64,000 nt of DNA, from assembly GCA_031409275.1 (NCBI GenBank), contig JANNXA010000016.1:196269-260268 (forward strand), in the 5' to 3' direction. Under the pieces are notes generated by a model. It was not told the DNA's origin, searched no databases, and saw only the letters and a list, made by a program, of their open reading frames with translations. This document shows positions 19,607 to 29,651 of the stretch, piece by piece. Source of the stretch: Planctomycetota bacterium. GTDB lineage: Bacteria > Planctomycetota > B15-G4 > SIAN01. Within the stretch, counting starts at the first letter, position 1. Each line of letters opens with the position of its first letter. Position numbers and translations under genes: made by a program.

Positions 19607-21396
19607 GGTCCACGGCTCCATCGCTGTGGAGGTGCGCCGCGGACCCAGCGATAGCGCTGGCCGATCGCGAGCTCCCGCGCCTCCTCGACCACTCCATCGG
19701 GCCAGGTCACCGTGACGCGCTCGATTCGCGACGCCGCGCCGAGCCCGAAGCGAGCCGCAAGCTCATGGCTGCTCTGGAACGATCCCCCCGCTTGCACCAT
19801 CCGCAGCATCTTTCGACCACCCGCTTCGACGACCACTTTCGCGCCGACCGCGAAGCGGTTCTTCCCCGACTGCTCCAGCATGATCGACAGCGACCCGCCG
19901 CCGCCTCGAGCAGCGGCGTCGTTGACGAACAGCGTCGGCGCCTCGTTCTGCGCCATCACCAGCACGTCGCCGTCGCCGTCGCCATCGACATCGCCGAACG
20001 CCGCGCCGCGGAACGACTTGCGCACCGGCGTTCCCGGGAAGGCGAGCGCCGTGACATCGCGATAGCGGCCTTCGAACTCGTACGCGCGGCACGCCTGCTT
20101 GTAGGTGAGCTCCGGCGCGCGCGCGTCGGCCCCCGGATAGACGTGGCCGTTGGCGACGAAGAGGTCGAGATCGCCGTCGAGGTCGAAGTCCTCGAACGCG
20201 GTGCCCCAACCCAGCGCGAGCCAACTCTCCGTCCCCCACGCGTGGCGCGCGGTGACATCGAGGAAGTTCCCGCGACCGTCGCCCTGGTACAGCGTGTTGT
20301 CGTCGTGCGAGAAGTTGGTGCAGAAGAGGTCGAGGTCGAGATCCCCATCGAAGTCGCCGACCGCGACGCCCATTCCGGCCTGCTGCAGGCCGCTGCCGGA
20401 AAGCGCCGCGCCGGCGAGATCGGCCTCCTCGCTGAAGCGCCCATGGCCGTCGTTGACGAAGAGGTAGTTCCCGCGCGAGTCGTTGGCGACGTAGAGGTCC
20501 TGGTCGCCATCGCCATCCGCATCGAACGCGACGATGCCCAGCGAGTAGCGCGGCTCGACGCTGGCGAAGCCGGCAGCGGCGGTGGCGTCCAGGAACGTGC
20601 CGTCGCCCTGGTTGGCGAAGAAGCGATCGGGCTCCGGCACCATCCCTTTGGGGCCGCACGCCGCCTTCAGCTCGAAGTAGGGGCAATCGACCTTGTTCCA
20701 GCAGTCGGGGTCGCCGGCCACGGTCATCGCGAAGTAGTTGCCAACGTAGAGGTCGAGATCGTCGTCGCCATCGGCGTCGAAGAAGACCGCGCCGGTGCTC
20801 CAGCGCGGGTCACCGACGCCGGCCAACGCGGTGACGTCCGTGAAGCGGCCGCGTCCGTCGTTCTGCAGCAGCTTGTTCTCGCCGTAGCAGGTGACGTAGA
20901 GATCGAGGTCGCCGTCGCCGTCGTAGTCGGCCGCAACCGCTCCCGCCCCGAAGACGCGAAGACCGGCGTCGCCGGCAGCCTCCGTGACGTCGGTGAAGCG
21001 GCCGCCGCCATCGTTCTCGAGCAGCGTGCAGCGACCGCGCCGATCGAGCGTCCAGTCGCCCTCGCCGCCGGCCGGCGGAACGAGACCGCACGCATCGACG
21101 AGGTACGCGTCGAGATCCCCGTCGCCATCCTTGTCGAAGAGCGCGCAGCCCTGGCCGATCTCCTCGAGCGCGTAGCGCTTCTTCACCGGCTCGCCGCAGT
21201 GGTTCACGGCGACGATGCCGCGCGCCGCCGCCTCATCGCGGAGCGCGAAGCGGAGCTCGGGCGCCAGCGACGCGGGCGCCTCGCTCGTGCTCGACGGACC
21301 GGGAGCGGCCGGATGCTCGCCGCAGCGCGCAGCGCACCCCGCCACGAGCAGCGCGAGGGCATTCCTTGTCCGCAATCGAGGTGGCTTCTGCGTCAC
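19603..21396 (-). CDS. CRTAC1-like FG-GAP repeat protein with ASPIC/UnbV domain
   Basis: Repeated DxDGDGDLDLY; C-terminal NRFAVGAKV...GGSFQS...RFGLG...VTWPDG; lipobox-like LVAGC; start uncertain (21396-21465). Confidence 0.9.
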   Translation of the reverse strand: MTQKPPRLRTRNALALLVAGCAARCGEHPAAPGPSSTSEAPASLAPELRFALRDEAAARGIVAVNHCGEPVKKRYALEEIGQGCALFDKDGDGDLDAYLVDACGLVPPAGGEGDWTLDRRGRCTLLENDGGGRFTDVTEAAGDAGLRVFGAGAVAADYDGDGDLDLYVTCYGENKLLQNDGRGRFTDVTALAGVGDPRWSTGAVFFDADGDDDLDLYVGNYFAMTVAGDPDCWNKVDCPYFELKAACGPKGMVPEPDRFFANQGDGTFLDATAAAGFASVEPRYSLGIVAFDADGDGDQDLYVANDSRGNYLFVNDGHGRFSEEADLAGAALSGSGLQQAGMGVAVGDFDGDLDLDLFCTNFSHDDNTLYQGDGRGNFLDVTARHAWGTESWLALGWGTAFEDFDLDGDLDLFVANGHVYPGADARAPELTYKQACRAYEFEGRYRDVTALAFPGTPVRKSFRGAAFGDVDGDGDGDVLVMAQNEAPTLFVNDAAARGGGGSLSIMLEQSGKNRFAVGAKVVVEAGGRKMLRMVQAGGSFQSSHELAARFGLGAASRIERVTVTWPDGVVEEARELAIGQRYRWVRGAPPQRWSRGP

Positions 21397-21532
21397 GCGC
21401 GACTTGTCCCGCCGATCGAACGCCGCGAACGCGGCGCACCAGGGCGGGAATCTTAGCCGACGCATTCGAGCGGTCTCGGCGCGACGACGACGCGGAGGGT
21501 CGCCAATCCGCCGAGGAGCTGGCCGATCCGCG

Positions 21533-21576
21533 AACGAAAGTCGGCCCAGGCTCCCGTGCGGGGAACCCGGGCCGAC
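21533..21576 (-). terminator. Probable intrinsic terminator
   Basis: 16-bp stem GTCGGCCCGGGTTCCC/GGGAGCCTGGGCCGAC followed by TTTCGTT, just downstream of the 21595 stop. Confidence 0.6.
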
Positions 21577-21594
21577 GCGCGGAATGCGATGCGA

Positions 21595-24500
21595 TCAGAA
21601 GTCGGTGTGGATCTCGAGCCGCTCGACGATCGGGCGCGGCGTCGTCGGCGTCAGCGTGCTGCCGTCGAACGTCGTGTCGAACGTGATGCGCCACCGCAGG
21701 AACTGGTGACCGTTGGCGACGGCGACGTTCGAAGACCAGGCGGTCAGCGTTGCCGGGTCGACCTCCTTCGAGCCCTCGACGATCGCATCGGCGCCTTGGA
21801 ACTCGACCTTCAGCCGCGCGTTGGTGGGGATGAAGTTCGTGCGCGGCTCCTGGCCGGGCGCATAGGTTCCGGTGAGCGTGTCGAACTGCCCGAGGTAGCC
21901 GACGAGGATGTCGCTCGTTCCAGGCGAGAGGACGTTGCCGGAGCCGTCCGTCGCCACGTAGCCGCCGCCGTCGAGGCCGCTGAAGCTGAACACCGGATTG
22001 GTATTCGCCGGCGAGCGTTCGATCACACGACCGAAGTCGTGCCACTGCGAAAGGGCGACGCTGATCGGCGTGAACTCGACCGGCGCAAGCGTGTTGTTCG
22101 GATCGACCCACGATGCGAGCGGGCGGATGCTGCCGTTGACGTCCGAGCCTGGCGCGACGACGGTCGCCGTGCTGCCGGCCGGGACCTGAAGCTGGATCAT
22201 CCCGTGGCCGCCGTCGCCGCCGTCGCCTGCCACGCCGTTGTTCGAGTTGCTGCAATCGGCGTAGTCGTTGTTCGGAGCGGCGTTGTCGCCGAGCCCGCGA
22301 CGCACGTCGATGATGGCGCTCTGCTTGACCAGGATCGTCGACGCCGACTGCAGGATGATCATCCCGCCGGCGCCACCGCCACCGCCGCCGCCCCAGTACG
22401 AGCAGGCGATCCCTTCGCCGCCGCCGCCGTTGCCACCCGACGATTCGAGCAGCGCGGTGGCCTCGAGCGTGATGTCGCCGAGGGCCTGCACCATGAAGGC
22501 GCCGCCGCCACCGCCACCCGCGCCGCCACGCGAGTCACCGACCGACGGCGAGCGTCCCTGCGCCGGAAGATTGTCCTCGTTGGCGCAGCAACCGTCGTTG
22601 GTCGAATCTTTGTCGATGTCGCACCAGTTGCCGCAGAAGTAGGAGTCGCACTGCGTGCCGCCGCCGCCGCCGCCCTGACCACCAATCAGCCGCTTCAACT
22701 GCCCGAGCTTGCCGAAGTAGTCGTTGCTGAGCGTGCCGTCCGGAGCGAACGGATGGGCGCCGCCGACCCCGGCGAGATTGGTGTTGTCGTCGCTCACCAG
22801 CCACTTGCCAGTGCCATCCGGCTTCACGTTGGCGATGCCGTTCAGGATGTTGCCGCTGGTGTCCTTCGGGACCACGCCGGCGCGGAACATCGAGCCGCCG
22901 CCGCCGCCCGCGATCTTGGCGTTGGTGCTGATCGAACGGAATTCGTCGCAGTTGCCCATCTCGTCGTTCGTCTGGTACTTGCCCTTGCTGTCCTTGGTGT
23001 CGAGCGCACCGCTCTGCGCGCCGGTGCCGCCGATCTCCTTCATCTCCCCGGTGACCGGGTCCATGCCGAGACCGGTCTTGGCGTACGTCGGCGACACCAA
23101 GGTGAGGTAGTTGATGGTGTCGGCCGGGAAGAACGTCACCGGGTGCGAATCGCCGCCGCGGCCACCGCCGGCACGCGCCGGCCCGCCCGGAATGGCGGTG
23201 ATCGAGGAGTCGTAGGCGAACTCGCTCGAGCCGTCGTCACCGCTGACGAGGATGTCGCCGGCGATGCGGACCGATCCGGTGGCCTTGAAGACCAACGGGT
23301 TGTTGCCCCGCGGAACGACGATCACGCCGTCGGGGATGTCGATGTCGGTGAAGTTGAACACGCCGTTCGTCGCGATGGCGCCCGGCAGCGCATCGGGCGT
23401 CGAACCGTCGAGCAGCGGGAAGGTCTGCGACGTCGTGTCGAGGACGATCGTCGTCGTGTTGCCACTCGCGGGGGCGTTGGGAAGGAAGCGGCCGAGACTG
23501 CCGTCCCCGTCGAACTCGAGCGCCGCCTGCAAGATCGAAGAGCCCTTGCGGTTCCAGTCGGCCGGAAGGACGCCCGATCCGATCTCGTCGATGTCGGTCT
23601 CTTCGCGTCGGTTGTCGTCGAACTCCTCGACGATGGCGTCACGAATCGAGCCGGACGGAGCGTCCGCAACCGAGAAGGTCGTGGCGACGAGCGGGCCGCC
23701 GGCAGGCGATCCGCTCTGCGCCAGCCCCTTCAGCTCGAGGTCGTACTGCAAGACGAGCAGATGTCCGAAGGGCAGGATTCCCGACGGCTGGACTTCCACC
23801 ACGGCACGGTCGATCGAGTTCTCGACCAGCGTGACGTTGATGCCCAACGAGACGCCGTCCGGGAACCCGGGCGGGGTGTCTTCGAGATCGACGAGCTCGA
23901 ACACCGTGTCGTTGAGGTTGGTGGTGTCGGGCTGCAACGGACCGTCGAACACCAGCGTGAAGACCGGCCGAGCCGTGAAGAGCCCATCCGGATCGGAGAA
24001 GAGGTTGGGCGAGATGCCGGTCGAGCCATCCGTCGGGTCCGCATCGATCAGCCGCGGCGTCGTCGCCGCGACCGCCCGGAACGCGTCGGCGCTCGGCGTC
24101 ACCATCGTGCGGAACGGGATGAAGATCCCGTCGGTGTCGATCGCATCCGGGTAGCTGGCGCGCAACGCGGGCTCGACGTTGGCTACGAACGAGAACGTCA
24201 GAGGGCCGGTGCGGACGGTGTAGCCGGAGTTGAAGTTGAGCCCGGCGCCTCCGTTGTCGAGGCCGCCTGTCGGCAGCGTCGAGATCGGGCGCACTGGCAG
24301 ATCGGGAACGAAGGTCACCACCGGACCATCGACGAGGTAGCGACCGCGCACCGGCTGGTTGGCCGAATCGAGGATCGGCAGGACCGTCGCGTTGATGCGG
24401 TTGGGGTCCGGGTTGTCACTGAAGACGAACTCGACGGTCTGAACCACCGGCGAACTCTGCGGCGCGGTCGTCTCCGCTTCGACGTTGACGTCGTTGGGAT

Positions 24501-24702
24501 CAGGGAAGCGCACCGACAGGAGCGTCGCCTTGGGCGCGAACGTCGTCGAGCGGCTGCCGCCGCCACCACCGCCGCCGCCGCAGCCCGAGAAGCCGGCGGC
24601 AACGCCGATCGCGACCGCACTCTTCCAGATCGCCTGGCTCTTCCAGATCGACGGCGCCCGGCGGAGATCGGACACGCTGAGATCCGGGCGGTTCATTGTC
24701 AT
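21595..24702 (-). CDS. Large surface lipoprotein with Ig-like (SbsA/Big_5-like) domains and glycine-rich region
   Basis: Lipobox FSGC followed by a poly-Gly linker; Ig-like segments (FVFSDNPDP, VVTFVPDLP); GGxGGG repeats; strong GC3 bias. Confidence 0.75.
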   Translation of the reverse strand: MTMNRPDLSVSDLRRAPSIWKSQAIWKSAVAIGVAAGFSGCGGGGGGGGSRSTTFAPKATLLSVRFPDPNDVNVEAETTAPQSSPVVQTVEFVFSDNPDPNRINATVLPILDSANQPVRGRYLVDGPVVTFVPDLPVRPISTLPTGGLDNGGAGLNFNSGYTVRTGPLTFSFVANVEPALRASYPDAIDTDGIFIPFRTMVTPSADAFRAVAATTPRLIDADPTDGSTGISPNLFSDPDGLFTARPVFTLVFDGPLQPDTTNLNDTVFELVDLEDTPPGFPDGVSLGINVTLVENSIDRAVVEVQPSGILPFGHLLVLQYDLELKGLAQSGSPAGGPLVATTFSVADAPSGSIRDAIVEEFDDNRREETDIDEIGSGVLPADWNRKGSSILQAALEFDGDGSLGRFLPNAPASGNTTTIVLDTTSQTFPLLDGSTPDALPGAIATNGVFNFTDIDIPDGVIVVPRGNNPLVFKATGSVRIAGDILVSGDDGSSEFAYDSSITAIPGGPARAGGGRGGDSHPVTFFPADTINYLTLVSPTYAKTGLGMDPVTGEMKEIGGTGAQSGALDTKDSKGKYQTNDEMGNCDEFRSISTNAKIAGGGGGSMFRAGVVPKDTSGNILNGIANVKPDGTGKWLVSDDNTNLAGVGGAHPFAPDGTLSNDYFGKLGQLKRLIGGQGGGGGGTQCDSYFCGNWCDIDKDSTNDGCCANEDNLPAQGRSPSVGDSRGGAGGGGGGAFMVQALGDITLEATALLESSGGNGGGGEGIACSYWGGGGGGGAGGMIILQSASTILVKQSAIIDVRRGLGDNAAPNNDYADCSNSNNGVAGDGGDGGHGMIQLQVPAGSTATVVAPGSDVNGSIRPLASWVDPNNTLAPVEFTPISVALSQWHDFGRVIERSPANTNPVFSFSGLDGGGYVATDGSGNVLSPGTSDILVGYLGQFDTLTGTYAPGQEPRTNFIPTNARLKVEFQGADAIVEGSKEVDPATLTAWSSNVAVANGHQFLRWRITFDTTFDGSTLTPTTPRPIVERLEIHTDF

Positions 24703-24944
24703 GGCCGAACACTCCTCGCAGCGAATCGGGCGATCGCCGATGGTTCGGCCAGGTCGCCCCGGAACCCCGCAGTCGGGGGACCATTGTGCACGCGCCGTGC
24801 CGCTTGGACCACCCCCGGGGCTTCCCCGTCAGGACCGGAGGCCTCCCAGGGGAGGCCGCGCCGGCGTGCGCCGACTCCGAAATCATTGCGCTCCGGCCGT
24901 CGTGCGGTTGCGCGCCGCCGTCGCCAGTCCGCGCCGCACCCCGC

Positions 24945-27617
24945 TCAACCCGACCCCACCACCGGCAGCGTGCCGCGCGTCACGCCGACCACGCCGAACT
25001 TCCCTTCCGCGTTGAGCTGACGGAACAGCGCCTTCGGCGCGACCTCGCCGCGCAGCGCCGCTCGATAGAGCTCGATCACCGTTTCAGCCTGCGCTTGAGA
25101 CTCTCGCAACAACTCCACGCGGAAGCGCGACAGACCCGCCTCGCGGAAACGCGGGAGCCATTCGGCGGCGCTCTGCGGGCGATGGTGGAACAGCGTGTTG
25201 CGACAGCCGACATCGGCCAGCACCGGGTGGAGCCACCCCTTGTCGTCCTTCAGGCCGATGGCGTGGCGATCGCAAGGCCGCCCGCACGTTCGGTAGTCGG
25301 CGCCGTTCGAGAGCAGGTGCGCGAAGACGCAGTGCTCCATGTGGAACAGTGGAAGGTGCTGGTGGACCACCACTTCGAGCCGCTCGGCCGCCACGTGGTC
25401 AAGCAACGCCAGCAGTTGCTCCGCGTTCAGGTCGAAGCTCGGAGTCAGCAGGTCGACGCCGCGATCGAGCAGCACCTCCGCGGTCAGGCCGTTGGCCGCG
25501 TTCAAGCTGAAGTCGCCGACGAGCTGCAGCCCACGCGCCGTCGCATCGTCACTGGCGCGCCGCGTCGCCACCTCCTCGAGCACCCCGAGGTGGCGCGCGA
25601 GGATGCCGTCCTTGGAAAGAGCCAGCAGCCGCGCGAGCGTCTTCTCCTCGCCCGGCTTGGCGATGCGCGTCGATGCGGGCAATGCCTGGCGCCCGGCGGC
25701 TCGCACGCGCTCGACGGCCTGGCCGAGACCGACGAGGTCGAGGTAGTCGAGGTAGATGCGCTTCACCCCGGTCGCGAGCGCCGCCTCCACCTGCGCGTCG
25801 TCGCGAACCAGCACCGACAGCTCGAAGCCATCGCCGGCTCGAGCCGAATCGATGCCCTTGCCGTCGCGTGCGCCGACCTTGCGCGCCGCCGGTGCGAGTC
25901 GCGCCAGCGCCGGCTCGGCGGCGACCTGCCAGTGGACGCTGGCCGCGCGCGCCGCCGCGAGCTTCTCCACCATCTCGCGACGCATCCGCGACAGCTCGGA
26001 GAGCGGCGCGATCAGCGGCTCCGCCAGTGCGCTCGCCACCGACGCGTGGCCATGCGCGAGCTTGAAGATGGTCCCGCCGAGTCGGCCGAACTGCTCGGCC
26101 AGCACCGCCGCGGTCAGCGGTCGGTTGCGCGCCGGTTCGAGCGCCATCGTCGAGGTCACGGTGACCGCGTGGCCCTCGGCGTCGCGCGCGGTGACCTGCA
26201 GTGGCTGGCCGGCGCATCCTTGCAGCGAAAGCTCGATCCCGACGCGTCGACGCGGTTCGCCTTCGAACGTCGCGCGCAGCCGCTTCTCGAGCTCCGGATC
26301 CTTGGTCTTGAAGACGCGCGCGCCGATCTCGACCTGCGTCAGGTCCGGACCGTGCTCGCGAGCGAAGCAGAGTTCCGCCAGGAAGGGCTCGCCCGGCCTC
26401 GACGCGAACGCCGACTCCGAAGGCGAAGGGGGCGAGACCTCGCCGGGATGGACGCGGCCGCCGCAGCGCACCTCGAGGATGGTGCCGCCCGCCTCGCCGA
26501 CCTCAGGATCGGGCCCCTCGAAGACGACGCCATCGCCGCGCTTGAGCGGCGCTTCGAGCGCGATCGTCGCGCGATGCAACGGCAGCGACACGTCGGCCAC
26601 CCAGCCGAGGAAGACGCCCCGCTTCTTGGGGTTGCGTCCTTCGACCAGCCGCTGGTGGTTGACGCCGCCGAGGAAGCCGGCCGAGAGGCCGCGCGAAAAG
26701 GTCTGTTCGAGGTCGCGTCGCTCGCCAGCCGCGAGTTCGACCCGTCCGTTGCGTTGCGCCTGGTCGAGCGCGCGCCGATAGGTCGACGTCACCTGCGCGA
26801 CGTACTCCGGCGTCTTCAGCCGCCCCTCGACCTTGAAGGAGACGACTCCGGCCGCCAGCAACTCGGGCAGCAAGTCGAGCGCGGAGAGGTCCTTCGGCGA
26901 CAGCAGGTAGCGCACCGCGCCGAGTTCCTGGTGCTGGCCGTCGACGTCGAGCGTGTAGGGCATGCGGCAAGCCTGCGCACACTCGCCGCGGTTCGCCGAG
27001 CGACCACCCCACACCTCGCTGGTCAGGCACTGCCCGCTCCAGCTGACGCACAGCGCGCCGTGGACGAAGACCTCGAGTTCGAGGTCGGTCACCGCGTGGA
27101 TCCGCGCGATCTCTTCGACGCTGAGCTCGCGCGCCAGGATCGCCCGCGACACGCCGCAGCGGCGCGCGAACTCGCAGCCCTCGGCGGTCGACAGCGTCAT
27201 CTGCGTCGACGCGTGCAGCGGCAGATCGGGCGACACGGCGCGAGCCAGCCGCGCGATGCCGAGGTCCTGAACGATGATCGCGTCGACTCCCGCCTCGGCG
27301 ATGCGACGCAGCCGCGCCTCAGCGGCGGCGAGCTCGTGCTCGAAGACCAGCGTGTTGAAGGCGACGTAGCCCTTCACGCCGCGACGGTGGAGCTCCCCCA
27401 TCACCTCGGGCAGCGTGTCGAGCGCAAGGTTGGTGGCGCGGGCGCGCGCGTTGAAGCCGTCCTTCAGCCCGAAATAGACGGCATCGGCGCCGTTCTCGAC
27501 CGCGGCGCGCAGGCAATCGAGGTCGCCCGCCGGGGCGAGCAGCTCCGGAGAGCGCCCGGCGGCGGGAAGTGCCGCCCGCTTCGAAGATTCCACGGTCGGT
27601 TCCACAGTCGGCGGCAC
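24945..27617 (-). CDS. U32 peptidase family protein with DUF3656 (RlhA-like 23S rRNA hydroxylation protein)
   Basis: PELLAPAG, GADAVYFG, HASTQM, FVHGALCVSWSGQC, NRGECAQACR, FKVEGRLK. Confidence 0.92.
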   Translation of the reverse strand: MPPTVEPTVESSKRAALPAAGRSPELLAPAGDLDCLRAAVENGADAVYFGLKDGFNARARATNLALDTLPEVMGELHRRGVKGYVAFNTLVFEHELAAAEARLRRIAEAGVDAIIVQDLGIARLARAVSPDLPLHASTQMTLSTAEGCEFARRCGVSRAILARELSVEEIARIHAVTDLELEVFVHGALCVSWSGQCLTSEVWGGRSANRGECAQACRMPYTLDVDGQHQELGAVRYLLSPKDLSALDLLPELLAAGVVSFKVEGRLKTPEYVAQVTSTYRRALDQAQRNGRVELAAGERRDLEQTFSRGLSAGFLGGVNHQRLVEGRNPKKRGVFLGWVADVSLPLHRATIALEAPLKRGDGVVFEGPDPEVGEAGGTILEVRCGGRVHPGEVSPPSPSESAFASRPGEPFLAELCFAREHGPDLTQVEIGARVFKTKDPELEKRLRATFEGEPRRRVGIELSLQGCAGQPLQVTARDAEGHAVTVTSTMALEPARNRPLTAAVLAEQFGRLGGTIFKLAHGHASVASALAEPLIAPLSELSRMRREMVEKLAAARAASVHWQVAAEPALARLAPAARKVGARDGKGIDSARAGDGFELSVLVRDDAQVEAALATGVKRIYLDYLDLVGLGQAVERVRAAGRQALPASTRIAKPGEEKTLARLLALSKDGILARHLGVLEEVATRRASDDATARGLQLVGDFSLNAANGLTAEVLLDRGVDLLTPSFDLNAEQLLALLDHVAAERLEVVVHQHLPLFHMEHCVFAHLLSNGADYRTCGRPCDRHAIGLKDDKGWLHPVLADVGCRNTLFHHRPQSAAEWLPRFREAGLSRFRVELLRESQAQAETVIELYRAALRGEVAPKALFRQLNAEGKFGVVGVTRGTLPVVGSG

Positions 27618-27753
27618 CTATTTCCCGATGAAGCACTGCACGATCGACGACCGATCAAGCGCGAGGCCGGTCAGCGTATCCGGGAGTTCCCGGACGCGCG
27701 CCCTCGTGGAGCGACTCGATGCCCGACTGCCTTCCGCTCGCGAGCACTGCCGG

Positions 27754-28995
27754 ATGAGTGATCCGACCGCGACCGCCCCATCCGCGCTCCTCGAGCAACG
27801 CCTGGCCGTTGCGCAGGCCGCCCTCGCCGAACGCAACCACGAACTGCTGCTCGCACGGCGCCGGATGGACGAGCTCGTCGGCTTCCGCGAAGCGCTCGAT
27901 GGCGAGCAGTGCGCGGCGTTCCTGGTGATCGACGCCAGTGGCTACGTCACCCAGGCCAACCAGCGCGCGGCGATGCTGCTCGGGCGCAACGTCACCGTGC
28001 TCCGGGGCACTGCAGTTTCCGAGCTCATCCTGGGCGGCTTCACCTCGCTGCGGCAGTCGGCGACGGAAGGATCCGGCCTTTTCGATGGATCGCCCCGCAC
28101 CTGCGTCCTCCCCAATGGGCTGCGCCTGCCGATCTACTGCTCGCTCACCATCGTCGCGCAGTCCGAAGGCGAGCCGACGAGCTACCTGTTGGTTGCGGTC
28201 CCTGCCGACGCTCGCGGCGCGATCGAGCACGCGCGGACCCAGCAACAGCAGGGCGCCGCGCTCGGCCGACTTGCCGACGGCATCGCGCACGAGATCAACA
28301 CGCCGCTGCAGTTCATCGGCGACTCGATCCGCTACCTGTGCGACGCTTTCACCGAACTCCAGCCGCTGATGGGGACGCTGCCACGCCTGATCGCAGCGGG
28401 ACGCCTCGACCCCAGTACCTGCGACACCGCCGCCTTCGCCGAGAAGGCGCTCGCGGAGGCCGACCTCGACTTCGCGCGTCGTGAAGTGCCGCTCGCCGCG
28501 ACGCGTGCGCTCGAAGGGCTGAAGCGCATCGCCACCGTCGTCGACACGACGCGCGACGTCGCCAGCGGCGGCAAGTACGGCAAGGCGCTGATCGACCTCA
28601 ATGCCCTGGTCCGCCACTGCGTCAACCTCTCACGCCACCACTGGGAACCGCTCGCGACGCTTGACCTTCACCTTGCCGCCGCGCTCCCCAAGGTGACTTG
28701 CCACATCGCCGAGATCTGCGACGCCGTGCTGCAGATGCTCGCCAACTCGACCCACTCGATCTCCAACCGGCCGAAGGGTCAGAACGCCGGCCACATCACG
28801 ATCTCGACCCGCCTCTCCGGCGCTCAGATCGAGCTGACCGTCACCGACGACGCGGGCAGCGGTCCGCGCCGACTCGACCTCATCGAGAGGGTCGTCGTCG
28901 GCCAGCACGGCGGCGAGGTCAACGCCACGAATGACGCAACCGGGGGCGCCGCTGTAACGGTCCGCCTGCCGATCGATCCGGAGCCGCTGAAATGA
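27754..28995 (+). CDS. PAS-domain sensor histidine kinase (HATPase domain degenerate)
   Basis: PAS-like segment, H-box GIAHEINTPLQFI, N-box QMLANS; G1/F/G2 boxes eroded. Confidence 0.8.
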   Translation: MSDPTATAPSALLEQRLAVAQAALAERNHELLLARRRMDELVGFREALDGEQCAAFLVIDASGYVTQANQRAAMLLGRNVTVLRGTAVSELILGGFTSLRQSATEGSGLFDGSPRTCVLPNGLRLPIYCSLTIVAQSEGEPTSYLLVAVPADARGAIEHARTQQQQGAALGRLADGIAHEINTPLQFIGDSIRYLCDAFTELQPLMGTLPRLIAAGRLDPSTCDTAAFAEKALAEADLDFARREVPLAATRALEGLKRIATVVDTTRDVASGGKYGKALIDLNALVRHCVNLSRHHWEPLATLDLHLAAALPKVTCHIAEICDAVLQMLANSTHSISNRPKGQNAGHITISTRLSGAQIELTVTDDAGSGPRRLDLIERVVVGQHGGEVNATNDATGGAAVTVRLPIDPEPLK

Positions 28996-29615
28996 ATCGC
29001 CCCCGCATCCTGCTCGTCGACGATGAACCCTCGATCACCGCGACCCTCGCCATCTCCATGCGCAAGGAGCCTTGGGAGGTCGTGACCGCCACCGGCGGCG
29101 AAGCGGGCCTCAAGCTGCTCGAGCAGGGCGCTGCCGCGGTCGTCATCTCCGACGAGCGGATGCCCGGAATGGCTGGCGCCGATTTCCTCACTCAGGTCGC
29201 CAAGCGCTGGCCCATGACCATCCGAATGATGCTGACCGGCCAGGCGACCCTTCAGGACGCGATGAAGGCGGTGAACGACGGCGGCATCTGGCGCTTCTTC
29301 CTCAAGCCCACCGATCCGACCGACCTGAAGCAGAGCATCCGTCACGCGCTCGACCACCACGCTCTGTTGACCGAGAGCCGCCGCCTCCTCGAGGCGGCAA
29401 AGCGCCAGGCCGCGAACGGCGGCAGCCGGTCGCGAGAGGATGACGACGACGCGCGCGGCGATGACAGCGCCGGACTCGGTCACGTCGATCGCGATGCCGA
29501 CGGCTCGATCGTGATCGAGCCGGTCGAGGCGCTCGACATGCAGAAGCTGCTGGAAGAGATGAAAGCGTTCAACAACGCCACCGAATCGCGCGGCGGGAAA
29601 CCCGCCGCTCGTTGA
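28992..29615 (+). CDS. Response regulator (receiver domain)
   Basis: ILLVDDE, VISDERMPGM, MLTG, FFLKP; ATGA overlap with the kinase. Confidence 0.93.
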   Translation: MNRPRILLVDDEPSITATLAISMRKEPWEVVTATGGEAGLKLLEQGAAAVVISDERMPGMAGADFLTQVAKRWPMTIRMMLTGQATLQDAMKAVNDGGIWRFFLKPTDPTDLKQSIRHALDHHALLTESRRLLEAAKRQAANGGSRSREDDDDARGDDSAGLGHVDRDADGSIVIEPVEALDMQKLLEEMKAFNNATESRGGKPAAR

Positions 29616-29651
29616 AGCGGCCGGCGTTTTCGCTTCCCGTCCACGCTCTCG

